A stretch of DNA of 64,000 nt from the human T2T-CHM13v2.0 reference genome, Homo sapiens. The notes beneath the pieces were generated by a model. The model was not told the origin of the DNA, made no database searches, and saw only the letters and a program-made list of their open reading frames with translations. This document shows, in pieces, positions 16,258 through 30,866 of the stretch; the stretch's first letter is position 1; every line of letters begins with the position of its first letter. Both the position numbers and the translations under genes were made by a program. The stretch lies in the NCBI RefSeq assembly GCF_009914755.1, contig NC_060931.1; one strand, 5' to 3'.

Positions 16258-16854
16258 GTGAGTGGGGGTGAGAAGGGAGGCTGGAGGCACACGGGTCCTG
16301 AGTGAGCCAGGGCACACACTAATCCAGGGCTTAGGAGTTTCTTAGTCACGCCTTTGTCCTAGTCAAAACTAATCTCATCGTCAAACCAAAAAGTATTGCA
16401 TTTTACAATTAGTGTTGGATCTCAGGCCAGCCCAGGAGATCTGATTAATTAGTAGCATTACTCACTCTCTTCTTGGAACTGAGGAATATTCCTTGGGGCA
16501 GGAAAGCTGGGGGTGCCTCACACCAGAACTCTAAGTCCTTAAGCTAGGTCAACATGGAACCAATACTCAATATTTGTAAGAGAGCCAGCCTGATATTTAA
16601 TCAGAACATTTGCCCACAAAATTAAGCCAAAATGTATTAAAAGAAATTATATGCAGCCAAAGTTACTGACAGGGTTTCATTTAATTCACAGAACAAAAGT
16701 TTCAGGGAAGAATAAAGTAGATCCTTCTAAGACTATTTCCCCCAGGAACACCTCCTCCACGGAGTTGGCCTCACAGGGCAGGCCCATCCCTTACAACCCG
16801 TGAGGGTGGCAGTTCTGAGATGTCAGCTCATCGCGACTCCTCGTTCCTTCCTAG

Positions 16855-17092
16855 CCCCTGCCGGATTCTCAGTACAACGGGAACCCCGAGTCCGTGGGCT
16901 ACAGGATTAAGTACTGGCGCTCAGACCTCCAGTCCTCAGCAGTGGCCCAAGTCGTCAGTGACCGGCTGGAGAGAGAATTCACCATCGAGGAGCTGGAGGA
17001 GTGGATGGAGTACGAGCTGCAGATGCAGGCCTTCAACGCCGTCGGGGCTGGGCCGTGGAGCGAGGTGGTGCGGGGCCGGACGCGGGAGTCAG
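16855..17092 (+). CDS. SDK1: SDK1 coding exon (238 nt, phase 0-1): [21 protein letters not shown]...[27 protein letters not shown]
   Basis: Acceptor ttccttcctag|CCC; donor CAG|gtgagg; FnIII motif [11 protein letters not shown]. Confidence 0.97.
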
Positions 17093-20004
17093 GTGAGGGG
17101 AAGGCGATTCCCATCCTGGAGACACCGCATTAGAGATGGGGCTGAGTGCCCCTGAGCCTCCAGATCCCAGGCTAGTGGCGTCTCATTGGCCTGTCCCACT
17201 TGTGTCTGTCTTGGAGCTTTCCTAATCCCGGGTTTGGCCAGACTCGGCAGGAATTTCTGTCTGATTTCATTAGGGCCCCAAGCCATTCATTGGAAACTGG
17301 TGATGATTTCCAACAGGGGATCGACTCACATTACTGTTTTCTAAATTAGGGATAATTTTCGCTAACGATGAAAAGCAAGAATGTGTAAAGTTCCTATGGG
17401 GAATCTTTAAAATACAAGGTATTCAGGACCTTCTTGTCACAAATTAATAGACGTAGTATGTTAAGTAATCTAGCCTGTGGTAATAAATAGGCCTCTAAAA
17501 GTTTAATTGCTTGAACATAATAGGAGTTTACTTCTCACTCATATTGTGGTCTAAGGTGGGCGTTCCTGTTTGGCGGGTGGCTCTCTTCCACCAGGTGATT
17601 CAGGGACCCAGGCTTTACCGTTCTGTGGGACTAATCTCCTTCTGCACCCAGCTGCCAGCAGGGAAAAGAAGGCAAAGAATGGACCTCTTCAGACCTGTTC
17701 AGGAGTGGAACGTCACTCTGTTCATCTTCTTGGGGCTCAGTCATGGGGCTCTGCCAGTTGCCAGGAAGCAATGGAGCAGTGTTTTTGGCCAACCTTGAGC
17801 AGACCTCTGCTGCCCTGTGCTAATGCTGAAAGTGGCTGCCTAATCTTCTGGGCTTTGTGGACTAACTTCCGCTGGCCAACTGTGGGTCATAGGAGCTTTT
17901 CTTGCCCCCCTCCTTAAATTTTTAGAAACCCAAAGGAAGGACGGCAATTAACGCTCATGAAGGACTCACTGTCACCTGACCCCGGTCCCTTCAGTCTGAT
18001 CTGAATTAGTGAGGTTCTGTCTGGAGAAGGAATGAACCAGCTGCACCTCTGCCCCAGGCTTCTTGGATGAGAGTCACAGCTTGTGCTTGACAGATGGAGG
18101 GGCTGTTCATTCTGGACTAACCTAGGCTGTTAGAAATACAACTTAAATTCCTGACCTTTGTCCAGACATGGGATGAGGAGGAGGTATGAAGGGTTGAGAT
18201 GGTGAACTGGGTCAGTGGCCAGAGGAAAAGAACAAGACTCCCCCACTCCTTCCCCCAGGGAGCCTAGATCCATTTTGCTTATTGATGTCAAACCCTCTTA
18301 TTCGCTCTCTTTTGCTTCTCTTCTCTGACTCTCTGCGTTAATGAGAATATTTGGCTCCATTGTTTTTGCTGTCGTAGACATGGCTCTGTTTCCTGGAGAC
18401 AGCTCCTGAGCCCAGCATGAGTCCTCCTTTCCTTGGGGCTCCCAGGGCACAGAATCGCTCTTGAAGCTGGGGAGTCAAGAGATGGCCAGGGCCTGCCCAC
18501 AGCTGTTTCCACCCCAGAGTCCTCGGAAATGCCCCGGATCTGCCCTCTCTGCAACCCAGAGCCTCCCTGCTTCTGTCCCTGTACTACAATGCCGTGCAAA
18601 GAGACAGTCCCCCTGTTGTTGTTTTCAGTAGAAAAATTAATTAACTTGCTAGATGCTGGAAACTGCCTTAGGAGACACAGTTGGAACTCAGAGTGACTTT
18701 GATGGGAAATGGACAGAAAGATGAGCTAGGAAGCCAAGTGCGTGACGGGTATCAGAGAAAACCTCGCACAGTCAGCAGGAGGAGGCGGATGACGTGGGGG
18801 CACAAGGCCTGTTGGCATGGGTGGAGGTGGCTTTGGGGGGCTGCCATCCTCAGGACAGAGGAGTTTAAAAGGGAGGAAAGCATAGACACTTGGGGGGCCC
18901 AGGGCTCCCGGGCCTGGCCTGTCTGCTCTAAAGATGAAGAGGGAAACATAGAAGGTGGTGCCGAGGTGGGAGGGCAGCCTCTGAGGACAGCTGGAGTGAG
19001 GACGCAGATCAGCTCCCAGCAATAAGGAAAGGGGACTTGGAGCCCTGGGCGGTGCCACCCCCTCACCTCTTCCTAATGCTCATCTTATCCGTGCCAGGTG
19101 CTGCAATGGGTGCAGGTATTCCCAACACCACCCCTCCACCCTCGAGACAGCCAGGCCGGGGTGAGGAGTCTGCACCCTGGGCTTGGGTCCAGCAGCGCCC
19201 AGCACACCGAGGGCACCAGCACGTGCCCAGTGCATCTGCAGGTGCCACCCGCTCTGTGTGCCACAGCGTGGAAGGGCCTGGGAAGCTCTGGATAAAGGCT
19301 CCTCTCATCCTTTCTTGCTCATTCCCCGGGTCCCGTTGGTGACAGGTCTGAACCTGCCGCCACCCTTGTAGGTTACTGTAATGCACAGTGGGTTGCAATG
19401 CACAGAAGCCCCCTGGGTTTCCTCAATGCTGGTTAACTTTCAGCCACCAGCACCAAGCCAAAGCTCCTGTGCCACTTTGTGGCTTTATTTCTTCCTACTC
19501 TTCTCAGAGGGCAGGAGGTGAGGGTAGACAGGAGGACTCTTAAGCAGTAGCAGGGAGAAGCAGAACCATGGCCTTGTGGGAATGCTGTTAGGGCGTGGCG
19601 TGAACCCTGGAGCCCACCAATGAGAGCCCCGGAAGAGCAGCCGTGGTGACAACCAGTGTGCTTCTGAGAGGACCAGTGTTTCAGGATGGAACTGCCCAAG
19701 CAGCAGGGCTGGGCCCAGTGTCCCTCGGCTCTCCTTCAGACTGAAGCTTTCATTACGTTCCAAAGGAAAGGTGGAGACGCACCCACATGCAGCCTGGGAT
19801 TGTGGTCACGTGGATTTCAAAAATCTCTGTTATCTTCACTGTCTGAATCTTTGTGACAAAGGAGAGAACTTGAGAAGTTCAGAGGGACAGTTCTAAATCC
19901 AGTAAAAGGCAGGCCAAGAAAATAGTTTTTCAGAATTAAAACTTCTGCCATAACCAACAAAAACTTATGGATAAAATATAACTTTCTGGAATCTTAAATG
20001 TATT

Positions 20005-20305
<301 letters not shown>

Positions 20306-20854
20306 ATGAATTCATCAACACACTCATAAGAAAAACAGGGAAATCCTCAGGTGTCAGAGGCATAACAGGAACTAGAAAGAGTTCAGCAGGAAGTGCTGGG
20401 CTGGTGCCGCAGCTGCCCTGGGTGGGATAGGATCAGGTTGGATCTTTCCTGGTGGTTTCAGGACCTGGGGTAAGGAGTCTGCACCCTGGTCCTGGGCCCA
20501 GCAGTGCCCAGCACACTGTGGGCACCAGCACGCATCCAGTGTGTCTGCAGGTGCCACCGGGAACTGTAGATACACTGGGCAGGCCATGCAGTAACATGAG
20601 AGTCAGCTTTGAATCTGTGTAAGGGAAGAGTTAGGGCCTAAACTCCTGCAGTTGAGACACGGCTCTTGAAGGCCTTTCCCTCCTTCCTAGGAGAGGCTGA
20701 AACTCTGCCTGCAGAGGTTTGACTGTATGTCTACCTGGACTCTGAGTAGAGAATGAAAAGTCAGTCTGAGCCCTGTGCCCAGCTCAGGACTGGGTTTTGA
20801 ATTTGCATTATATGGATGGCCCAGGAACTCCCAGAACAGAAATTAATGTAACAT

Positions 20855-21654
<800 letters not shown>

Positions 21655-22014
21655 AAGAACACTCTTTTAAAAAAAAAAAAAAAGAAAGAAACCTATGGCA
21701 AAACTGCTGATTTGAGACTCTTTTTTTTTTAAACAAACATTTCCAGCTGTTGAAAACCTATCTTTATAGTAGTCAAGAGAATGCAGAGGATAATATTTTA
21801 TGTGTAAATGTATTCCAGGGTTTTTCTTCTGACTTTGTTTTTTTTCAGACAATCTTGTATCATCTTTTACACAAGAACCCTGAGGAGACTTTCTCTAGCG
21901 ATGTTGTTTATTTTTGTAGATGCTACTGTGTTTTAATTAATATTGAGATATAGATTTTGTATCAAAAGAAGCAAGTGGATTTACCTTTGTCCTAGCTGAT
22001 TGTAGCATGTATGG

Positions 22015-22380
22015 TGATACGGTTTGGCTCCCTGTCCCCACCCAAATCTCATCTCAAATTGTAATCTCCACATGTCAAGGGAGGGACCTGGTGGGAGGTG
22101 ATTGGATCATGGGGGCAATTTCCGCCATGCTGTTCTCATGATAGTGAGTGAGTTCTCACAAGATCTGATGGTTTTATAAGGGGCTCTTCCTCCTTTACTC
22201 TCTCTTTTCTCTCCTGCTGGCATGTGAGGAAGTTCCTTGCTTCCCCTTCACCTTCCATCACGATTGTAATCCTGAGGCCTCTCCAGCCATGTGTAACTCT
22301 GAGTCAATTAAACCTCTTTCCTTTATAAACTACCCAGTATTGGGTATTTATTTATCACAGTGTGAAAATGGACTGATACA
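22015..22380 (+). mobile_element. MaLR solo LTR (THE1D-like) with 5-bp TSD TATGG
   Basis: TGATACGGTTTGGCTC...GGACTGATACA with TG..CA ends; TATGG at 22010-22014 and 22381-22385. Confidence 0.92.
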
Positions 22381-24949
22381 TATGGCTAGAGGGGAATCAC
22401 ATAGAGCCCTTGCAGAATCCCCTGTATCAGCCTCACTGTTTTTCTGTTCATAGTTCATGTTCTGTTCACTTGTTCAGAGGATTTTGATCAAGAGTAGGAA
22501 TTGTTCTTGCAACTGAAGCTTTGTTTTGTCAGTTATTACATTCTTTCTTATTTTGAGGGTTATAGCTTATGGAAGGGTATTTTTTAGTTTCTAATTGAAT
22601 GTGTGTTTAATTAGAAACTGGTGCAACACATATTGCTCTGGGAAAAAAAGTTTTGGTTCACGTGTTTCCATCAAAAATTTTATAATTGGGTTATTGATCT
22701 TCATTTCAAGATGTGGATGATTCAGATTCTGGACATGTTGAATGCTGGAATAACGAGCTCCCAGGGACCCCTCTTAGACCAGTCTCTCTTCTGGTTGGTG
22801 CTGGTGCTCCATCTCTGCCCCTCCTACCACCTGGGGAATCTCAGGGGCCCAGATGCTGCAGGACTTCCGCTCCCCCTCCTTGTGTTTAGCTCATCAGAAC
22901 GGAGATTTCACAGCCTTCTTCTCTGGGAATCTCCCCACCTCTGACTGGCAAGGCCCTCCCAGGTGCAGCAGTTTTGACTTTGGGCCTTCCCTGGCCCTAC
23001 TAACATCTGAAACTTACTCTCCCCAGCAGAAAACTCGATCCTTTTTTGAAATGGGGGGAGGCAGGGATGAGATGGGGAGGTGAAGGGGTTGCCAGGGCTG
23101 AATGGTGAGTGGACCTGATGGAGAGGGAGAAGGATTGGAGAGAGAATAAAACAACTGCCTTTTGTCTGAAATAAGTCTCCCCTCAATGGAAATAGCAGCT
23201 CCTGGGAGCTTAGGAATGGCCCAGTGTGCAGGAGTGCTGAAAACACGCAGAGAACACACAGCAGAATGCTCGGAGCCACATTTCAATGAAGTTTACAGTT
23301 TTGAAGTGCAGTTTAACAGGTTCTGTGACATCTTATGATATATTATGATATATTCTAAGGATAAATGAGGCCTTAAAAACCGAGAGAGACCACATGAGGA
23401 GGAACAGTGAGCTGCATAGTGTGAAATCCTACAGAGGGGAGAGAAAAAAATGAAGGAGAAAAGAAGCCATGGAATGGCTTTGTTTTTAATGAAAGGGGAA
23501 TTCCCAAGAACATCTCAAAACGTAAGATGTCAGGTTGGAAAGGGAGTTGAATCTACTTCAAAATAGATGATGGGTAAGAGGTTTCTTTTTCAATTCTTGA
23601 AAACTTTGCAACTCCATGGCAGATCTTGTCCTCGTAGGATTTAAATGCGCTGAAATTTCCATCCTGAACTCTGCCATTTTCTTTGCTTTAGCTGCCTCAC
23701 CTCCCTATCTCCACGTGAGAAGTTCAGCTGCGTTCAAAGCCCCGTTGGTGTCCGAATTGCTGCAATCCCCAGGTTGCCCTCTTTCTCCAGGGACGGGGTT
23801 GGCTCTCCAGTAAATACCTGCTCATCCCACCACATCTTAGAAAAACAGCTGTGATTTGTAGGTCTATAGGGAGAATTGGGCACTCACAGTTTCCCACAGG
23901 AAGCAGTTAAAGATTACAGAAGTAGACCATTTGTGTTGCTATGACAATGGCCTCTCTTTTTGCAGACAGGGACAGAGGTTTTAGAACCTGGTACCAACGT
24001 CTTGGGCATACAGTGTTTGGTGTTCTTACCTTATTCTAAATATATTCGGATACGTTGTAGGTTTACATTTTTTTTTTAATGTTAGTGCCCCCTTTAGCTC
24101 ATAGTTGATTCAAGGTCCCAGTTTATCAAACTTTTGTATAAAATGAGCAATGTGCAAGCCATTTCCTGGTAACAGCCATGGTGGCATTTAAGACACCCTA
24201 TGGGAGCTCTGTGCAGGCCCAGGGAGCAGGAGTGAGCCGGGTGGAGCCACAGCTGGAAGGCACCAGGGACTTGGGGCTGCATCTGTGACAAGCCCCCTTC
24301 CTCTTTGGAGAACTGAGCAAACTTCACATTGCAAGTATTCCCTTTCCGTGACACCTCTCTACTCAAATAAATGGATAGTATTTCATAGAAGCACTGAGTA
24401 ACTGAATGAATGACTCTCAACTGACATATTTGGGAAGATTGGACTGGCTGGCATTATCTCCCTCCAAAAATAGAAGGGGGCTCACAGTGTTTTTATAGTG
24501 ACAGGCATCACTGGGGGTTTTCTATTTTGTGGACACATTCACTGACCTACACCCAGCAGCCGATCTAATGTCCATGCAGGGAAGGTGCTCAGCATGGTAG
24601 GGGGAGAAGGGAAGGGAGAGATGCTGCCTCCCAGGGCTCTCAGGATCAGGGAGCGTGCCCCTTCCTGGGGGCAGGCATCCCAGGCCTTTGCTCTGCAGGT
24701 TCCTCTGTGGTTTCAGAGACCCCACAGGGTGTGGTGAGGGTTGCGGTGAGGCCACTGACTCGCGTCCTGAGGCTTAGTCATCCTCAGCCGCTGGCCCTGT
24801 TAGGCTATGGCCTGCTTTGGGGCTGTCCTTTCTCGCCCCTCCCTTGTCTAGGGAAACACCTGTTTGTGGTGGTGAGGCGAGAAGCTTCCCACACAGCATG
24901 AGAACAGCTCTTCTAGGATGCACATGAACCCTGGCATTGTCTTAAAGAC

Positions 24950-25399
24950 TGTGTTCGTGTCATAGCAGAATGCCCCAAACGGGGTGGCTTAAATGACAGA
25001 AATGTTTTCTGTTACCATTCTGGAAGGTGGAATCTGAGCTGGAGGTGTTGGCAGGGCCATGATCCCCCTGAAAGCTTGGGAAGGATCTGTCCTGGGCCCC
25101 TCTCCAGCATCTGGTGGTTCCGTGGCTCGGACAGCCTCTCTCCCATGTCCCCACAGAGTTCTCCCTGTGTGTGTCTGTCTCCTCCCATGGCACTCTCCCT
25201 GTTGTGTGTCTGTGGACAAATTCCTTTTTTTATATGGGCACTAGTCATACTGGATCAGGGGCCCACCCTATGCAGTATGACCGCATCTTAACGAGTTACA
25301 TCTGCAACAACTGTGTCTCCAAATAAGGTCACCTTCTGAGATACCGGAGGTTAGGATAACAAAATAAGGATTCAGGGGGCACAGGTTCAAGCCATAACA
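24950..25399 (-). mobile_element. MaLR LTR (MLT1B/C-like)
   Basis: gggtggcttaaatgacagaaat...ttacatctgcaa...ccaaataaggtcaccttctgag...ttcaagccataaca. Confidence 0.8.
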
Positions 25400-25554
25400 A
25401 AGATCAAACTACTCTCGTGTAGAAAATCTTGCAATTAAATGTCATAGGTTGCATTATTGTGCAAGCCCCCCACCATGTTACTTTCTGTCTTCAGACTAAC
25501 TAACAGTGCTACCCTCTCAGTCTCTGTGTAATGAGGAAGTCTGAATGTCTGAAG

Positions 25555-26285
25555 GAATAGATGAGTGAATGGATGGATGGATAGGTGATGGGCGAATGGA
25601 TGGATGGGTGGATGGTAGATGAATGGATGGGTGGATGGATGGATGGATGGATGGATGGGTGGGTAGATGGATGGATAGATGGATGGATGGATGGGTGATG
25701 GGTGGATGATTGGATGTATGGATGGATGATAGATGGATGAGTGAATGGATGGATGGGTAAATGGATGGATGAATGAATAGATGGATGGATGGATGGGTAA
25801 TGGGTGGATGGATGGATGGATGGATGATGGATGGATGAGTGAATGGATGGATGGGTGAATGGATGGATGGAAAGATGGAATGATCGATTTATGGATGGAT
25901 GGATGGGTGGATGGATGGATGGATGGGTGATGGATGGATGGATGGATGGATGGGTAGATGGATAGATGGATGATGGATGGAGGAATGAATGGATGGATGG
26001 GTGATGGATGGATGGATATGTAGATGGATAGATGGATGGAGGAATGAATCGATGGATGGGTGAATGGATGGATGAATGAATAGATGGATGGATGGATGGA
26101 TGGATGAATGGATGGGTGATGGGTGGGTGGATGGATGGATAGATGGATGGATGATGGATGGATGGATGAGTGAATGGATGAATGGGTGAATGGATGAATG
26201 GATGGATGGATCACTGGATGGATTGATTGATGGATGGATGGATGGATGGATGGAGATGGATGGATGGTTGGATGGATAGATGAGT
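25555..26285. repeat. Degenerate (TGGA)n microsatellite, ~730 bp
   Basis: Read directly; source of the IHPS-rich pseudo-ORFs. Confidence 0.97.
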
Positions 26286-27177
26286 GGGTCTATGAAAGAG
26301 CAGAGGAAGTCCTCGCAAGTGTTCCTGCTACAGAGGTGCATGTGTGCATCCTGCTGTTCTTGGAGCCCTAGTAGGGCTTGTGAAGGAGAAGGAAACAGAT
26401 GCTTCTACTCACCTCTGTGTGCCAGTGCCCTACCAGGCACCTCAGTGTTTGCTTTCATTCTCACTCTAAAGGCTAGGACTGGTCATAGCATCCTCCTTTC
26501 ACTTTCTTCAAAACAACTAGCTATTGATCACCTGCTGACCAACAAGTGCTGACCACCAGGAGGGGAGAGTGAGAAGACTCTTAAGTAAGGAAGGTAGGCC
26601 AGGCTTAGCCTTTCACAAGTGGGACAACTGAGGCACAGGTGATCAGAGCAGCATCTCCAGCTCCCACCCTGAGTCCGGCCTTACTCCATCACTCCAGGCT
26701 ATTTCCCTGGGTATCCTGGAGACCACCTGATTCAAAAGGAGACTTTGCCACCAAACAGTATCCTCCCAGAACCTCCGTTGCTTCATCTGCAGAGTGAACC
26801 CCCGAATGGGATATGGTGGACTTGAAGTGTCTCTCCTCCTTTTTCAACCATGGGGGCCCTGAAGTATGGCGGGATCTTCAGTCCCAGCTGAGAGCAACTC
26901 CTCCATGCTGTTTATAAACAGGGCCTTCCCTGACTGCTAGGGGCTAGCTCAGGTCCAGGTTTTCCTATCTGAATGGTGTTTGAAGTTTAAATCGGTCCAC
27001 AAGAAAATTAACAAAGCAAATGGAGATTGTCTAGAATATAATACCCTTGTTTTTAAAGTTTCACTGCTTTTATACATATTATATCTGAATCAGTGCAAAC
27101 ATATCAAGACAAATTAGTTCAGTGATGTTGTACACAGAAGAGAGATTTCATGAAAGTAAGAAAATGATCTTACATGT

Positions 27178-27450
27178 GGGCCGGGAGTGGTGGCTCACGC
27201 CTGTAATCCCAGCACTTGGGAGGCCGAGGCGGACAAATCACTTGAGGTCAGGCATTCGAGACCAGCCTGGCCAACATGGTAAAACCCCATCTCTAGTAAA
27301 AATTCAAAAATCAGCCAGGCGTGGTGGCACATGCCTGTAATCCCAGCTACTTGGGAGGCTGAGACAGGAGAATGGCTTGAACCCAGGAGGCGAAGTTGCA
27401 GTGAGCCAAGATCGCACCACTGCTCTCCAGTCTGAAATAAAGAAAAGAAA
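27178..27450 (+). mobile_element. AluS-like element
   Basis: Alu consensus; approximate TSD aagaaaat..tcttacatgtg. Confidence 0.9.
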
Positions 27451-28119
27451 ATTTTCTTACATGTGTATGGGTCGAGAATGGCATGGCTGGCCTCGGCTGC
27501 CCATCTCCTTTTAGAAAAACATTCATTGAAATGGATGAATGCGATTTTCTCAGCTTTAGTTTTCTGATCGGTAGAAAAGGGGTAACGATACCTACTTCAT
27601 TGGGATCATTGTGGGATTAGATGCAATTATGTAACTGAAGGCAGTTGGCACAGACAGGCACTGGATAAGCACCTAGTCAACCTACCCTCCCTTCCCCTTC
27701 TTTTGTGTAAATCCTCACGCCCCCTTCTCTCTTTAGCTTCTCCTGTCCCTATCACAGAATACCACGTTTAGAGCTGTCAGTGAACAGGCATGTGTCTGAA
27801 AGTCAGGATTTCCTATTTGAGATAAAAGTCTGCAGTTTCCACAAGTTAATACAGCAAACAGACCAAGCATCTTTTATTTCTTGCTTGGTGGACTCAGGTA
27901 AAATTGAGCTGCTAAGTACCCAGGATTTATGGAATTTGTTGCTAATATTAAAGAGATTTACATGTCCGTTATACTCCTGTAGGTTTAATCTGATCACTAC
28001 AAAATGCTTAGAATACGTTGCTATTTCAAGGACAACTTGATTATTTGGGTGAAAGCTGGATCTTTGTATGTAGACACTCTAGATTTTGGATGCTAATCTA
28101 CTTCATTGGTTCTTTGCAG

Positions 28120-28235
28120 TTCCTTCAGCCGCCCCTGAGAACGTGTCAGCCGAGGCTGTCAGCTCGACCCAGATTTTACTGACATGGACATCCGTGCCGG
28201 AACAGGACCAGAATGGGCTCATACTGGGCTACAAG
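28120..28235 (+). CDS. SDK1: SDK1 coding exon (116 nt, phase 1-0): VPSAAPENVSAEAVSSTQILLTWTSVPEQDQNGLILGYK
   Basis: Acceptor ttctttgcag|TT; donor AAG|gtgtgt; N-terminal half of an FnIII repeat. Confidence 0.96.
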
Positions 28236-28539
28236 GTGTGTGATCACAGGATGACCTCCCTTTGCTTAAAGAGTGGGCTGGGGAAATGGGAGCATGTGCT
28301 ATTCCCCCAAAGCAACGAGCTTCCTCTTCTCCTACAGATCTGCAGCGTCAGCCAGTTTGTGATTTTTATTAAGATATTCAATTGTCTTATCTAAGCCTCA
28401 TTGCAGCCTGGGAATTAGGCATCAGTATAACTATGACACAAACGCCAAAACAGGGCACCAGAAGAAAAGCACAGCCGGAGTGGAACTGACCTCCGGGCCT
28501 GCGCCTGACTCTGCCCTCGCTGGCCTCAGTGCCGCGGGC

Positions 28540-28660
28540 CAGTTACTGAAGCCCTGTGCTTGTGTCTCCCCGCTTGTAAAACGGGAATAACGATGGTAGC
28601 TTTGTCCCAGGGTTGGTGTGAGAATTCAGGGGGTCTTTTACACAGCACGCCTTGCTCATG
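28540..28660 (+). mobile_element. MIR fragment
   Basis: agttact...tgtaaaacgggaataacgatggtagct...cagggttggtgtgagaatt resembles the MIR core. Confidence 0.55.
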
Positions 28661-29275
28661 TGAAGGGCTGGGTGAGGTGGATCGCTGTGTGCATGTTTCT
28701 ATGTGTGTCATCACGGTCCTAGCAATGGCATCCGCTGGCAGGGTTGAATCTGTCCCAGCTTCTCTGGGGAGCCATTTCTGGGTTCCATCTTCCATGCATC
28801 CACCCCACCCCTTTAAAACCCCCTTCTGTTCCTCGTTCCATCACTCGGGGCGACAGGCTCTGTCTCCCCATCTGCTCCTTGGCTCAGCAATGCCAAGCAT
28901 CAGAATGAGCTGTTTCGGACCCGGCCAGCGAGGCCACGCTTGTCTCAGTGCTGCTCCCTGGGTTTTGAGCGTGCCTCCTCCACCTTTCCGTACTTCACAT
29001 CCCTATTCTTTGTTTTCCCCGCCTGCTCTCCCATGTCTTCTCCCTTCCCCGGGTGTTCTAAGTGCGCCCTGCTGGCTCTGTGACACATGGCAGTCCCGTT
29101 GAGGGGATTCAGTGACCAAAACTTCACACCACATTCCTGGGGCCCCGAGAAACGCGCTTGCTGTGCTATTTTCAAACACCTCCCTGCTGATGCTATCCTT
29201 TATGGCCTTCCAGGTCCCCGATCTCAGGGAGCAGTTCAGAGAAGGTGGGCATTGAGTGAGGTCTTAGCAGGAGGC

Positions 29276-30197
29276 CCTGGAGCAGAGCAGCTTGGGGTGG
29301 GGTGCCCTGGAGGAGAGCATAGAGGAGAGCAGCTTGGGGTGGGGTCCCCTGGAGGAGAGCAGCTTGGGGTTGGGTGCCCTGGAATAGAGCAGCTTGGGGT
29401 GGGGTGCCCTGGAATAGAGCAGCTTGGGGTGGGGTGCCCTGGAATAGAGCAGCTTGGGGTAGGGTGCCCTGGAATAGAGCAGCTTGGGGTGGGGTCCCCT
29501 GGAGGAGAGCAGCTTAGGGTTGGGTGCCCTGGAGGAGAGCACCTTGGGGTAGGGTGCCCTGGAATAGAGCAGCTTGGAGTGGGGTCCCCTGGAATAGAGC
29601 AGCTTGGGGTGGGGTGCCCTGGAGGAGAGCAGCTTGGGGTGGGGTCCCCTGGAGGAGAGCAGCTTGGGGTGGGGTCCCCTGGAGGAGAGCAGCTTGGGGT
29701 GGGGTCCCCTGGAGGAGAGCAGCTTGGGGTGGGGTCCCCTGGAGGAGAGCAGCTTGGGGTGGGGTGCCCTGGAGGAGAGCACAGAGGACAGCAGCTTGGG
29801 GTGGGATCCCCTGGACTAGAGCAGCTTGGGGTGGAGTCCCCTGGAATAGAGCAGCTTGGGGTGGGGTGCCCTGGAAGAGAGCAGCTTGGGGTGGGGTCCC
29901 CTGGAGGAGAGCAGCTTAGGGTTGGGTGCCCTGGAGGAGAGCACCTTGGGGTAGGGTGCCCTGGAATAGAGCAGCTCGGGGTGGGGTCCCCTGGAATAGA
30001 GCAGCTTGGGGTGGGGTGCCCTGGAGGAGAGCAACTTGGGGTTGGGTGCCCTGGAATAGAGCAGCTCGGGGTGGGGTCCCCTGGAATAGAGCAGCTTGGG
30101 GTGGGGTGCCCTGGAGGACAGCAGCTTGGGGTTGGGTGCCCTGGAATAGAGCAGCTTGGGGTGGGGTGCCCTGGAGGACAGCAGCTTGGGGTGGGGT
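29276..30197. repeat. 30-bp G-rich minisatellite/VNTR, ~30 copies (CCCTGGAGGAGAGCAGCTTGGGGTGGGGTG)
   Basis: Read directly; two units carry 9-bp insertions. Confidence 0.97.
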
Positions 30198-30676
30198 ACC
30201 TACAGCATGCACAGCTGCAGATGGCCCAAGGAGGCCAGAGCTCCCGGTCTGTGTGAGGACAGCAGGTCTTCTGGGGCAGGAAACCAGCTTCCATGGCTGG
30301 AAAACCCAGGGGGCTGCTGGCTCCTGTGGCAGGAAGCAGAGTGTTGTCTGTGTTCATAATCGAGTCTTTGTTTTAGTGGCTGTGGTTGGCATGGCTGCAG
30401 TTGGGCCCTCAGATCTTGCAGATTATGACCAGGCAGCAGGCTCGCCAAGCCGTGGGCACTAACTCAAGCTCCCCTGGAGCGCAGTCACTTTACAACCACC
30501 TTCCTCCCCAAATGCCAGCATGGACAAATTAGATCCAGAAGCCCTGCACACAGCCATCCTCAGGGAGAAAGCACAGTTGGCTGGGCCTTGATTCACGAAG
30601 GGGGCCTGCCCCATGCCACGGCGGTCCCTCCTGGCACCCGCCTCCTGATAACCCTCGTGCTGTGTCGATACCACAG

Positions 30677-30866
30677 ATCCTGTTCCGGGCCAAAGACCTG
30701 GATCCCGAGCCCAGGAGCCACATCGTGCGAGGGAACCACACGCAGTCGGCCCTGCTGGCAGGCCTGCGCAAGTTCGTGCTCTACGAGCTCCAGGTGCTGG
30801 CGTTCACCCGCATCGGGAACGGGGTCCCCAGCACGCCCCTCATCCTGGAGCGCACCAAAGACGATG
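30677..30866 (+). CDS. SDK1: SDK1 coding exon (190 nt, phase 0-1): ILFRAKDLDPEPRSHIVRGNHTQSALLAGLRKFVLYELQVLAFTRIGNGVPSTPLILERTKDD
   Basis: Acceptor ccacag|ATC; donor ATG|gtaggt; C-terminal half of an FnIII repeat. Confidence 0.96.

Noticed and set aside
16255-16263. Tandem GTGGTG alternative donor 3 nt upstream
   Set aside because: The upstream site (TGG|GTGGTG) is a poor consensus compared with GTG|GTGAGT.
21690-22760. AT-rich unique-looking block around the THE1 LTR; possible processed pseudogene or ancient CR1/L3 relic (DVVYF-like peptide)
   Set aside because: No convincing ORF, poly(A)/TSD or recognisable homology by eye; needs a Dfam/BLAST search.
25435-26341. 259-aa and 150-aa IHPS-rich ORFs
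   Set aside because: Translations of the (TGGA)n microsatellite.
29087-30462. 389-aa, 373-aa and other long repetitive ORFs
   Set aside because: By-products of a stop-free 30-bp minisatellite; no evidence of a real gene.
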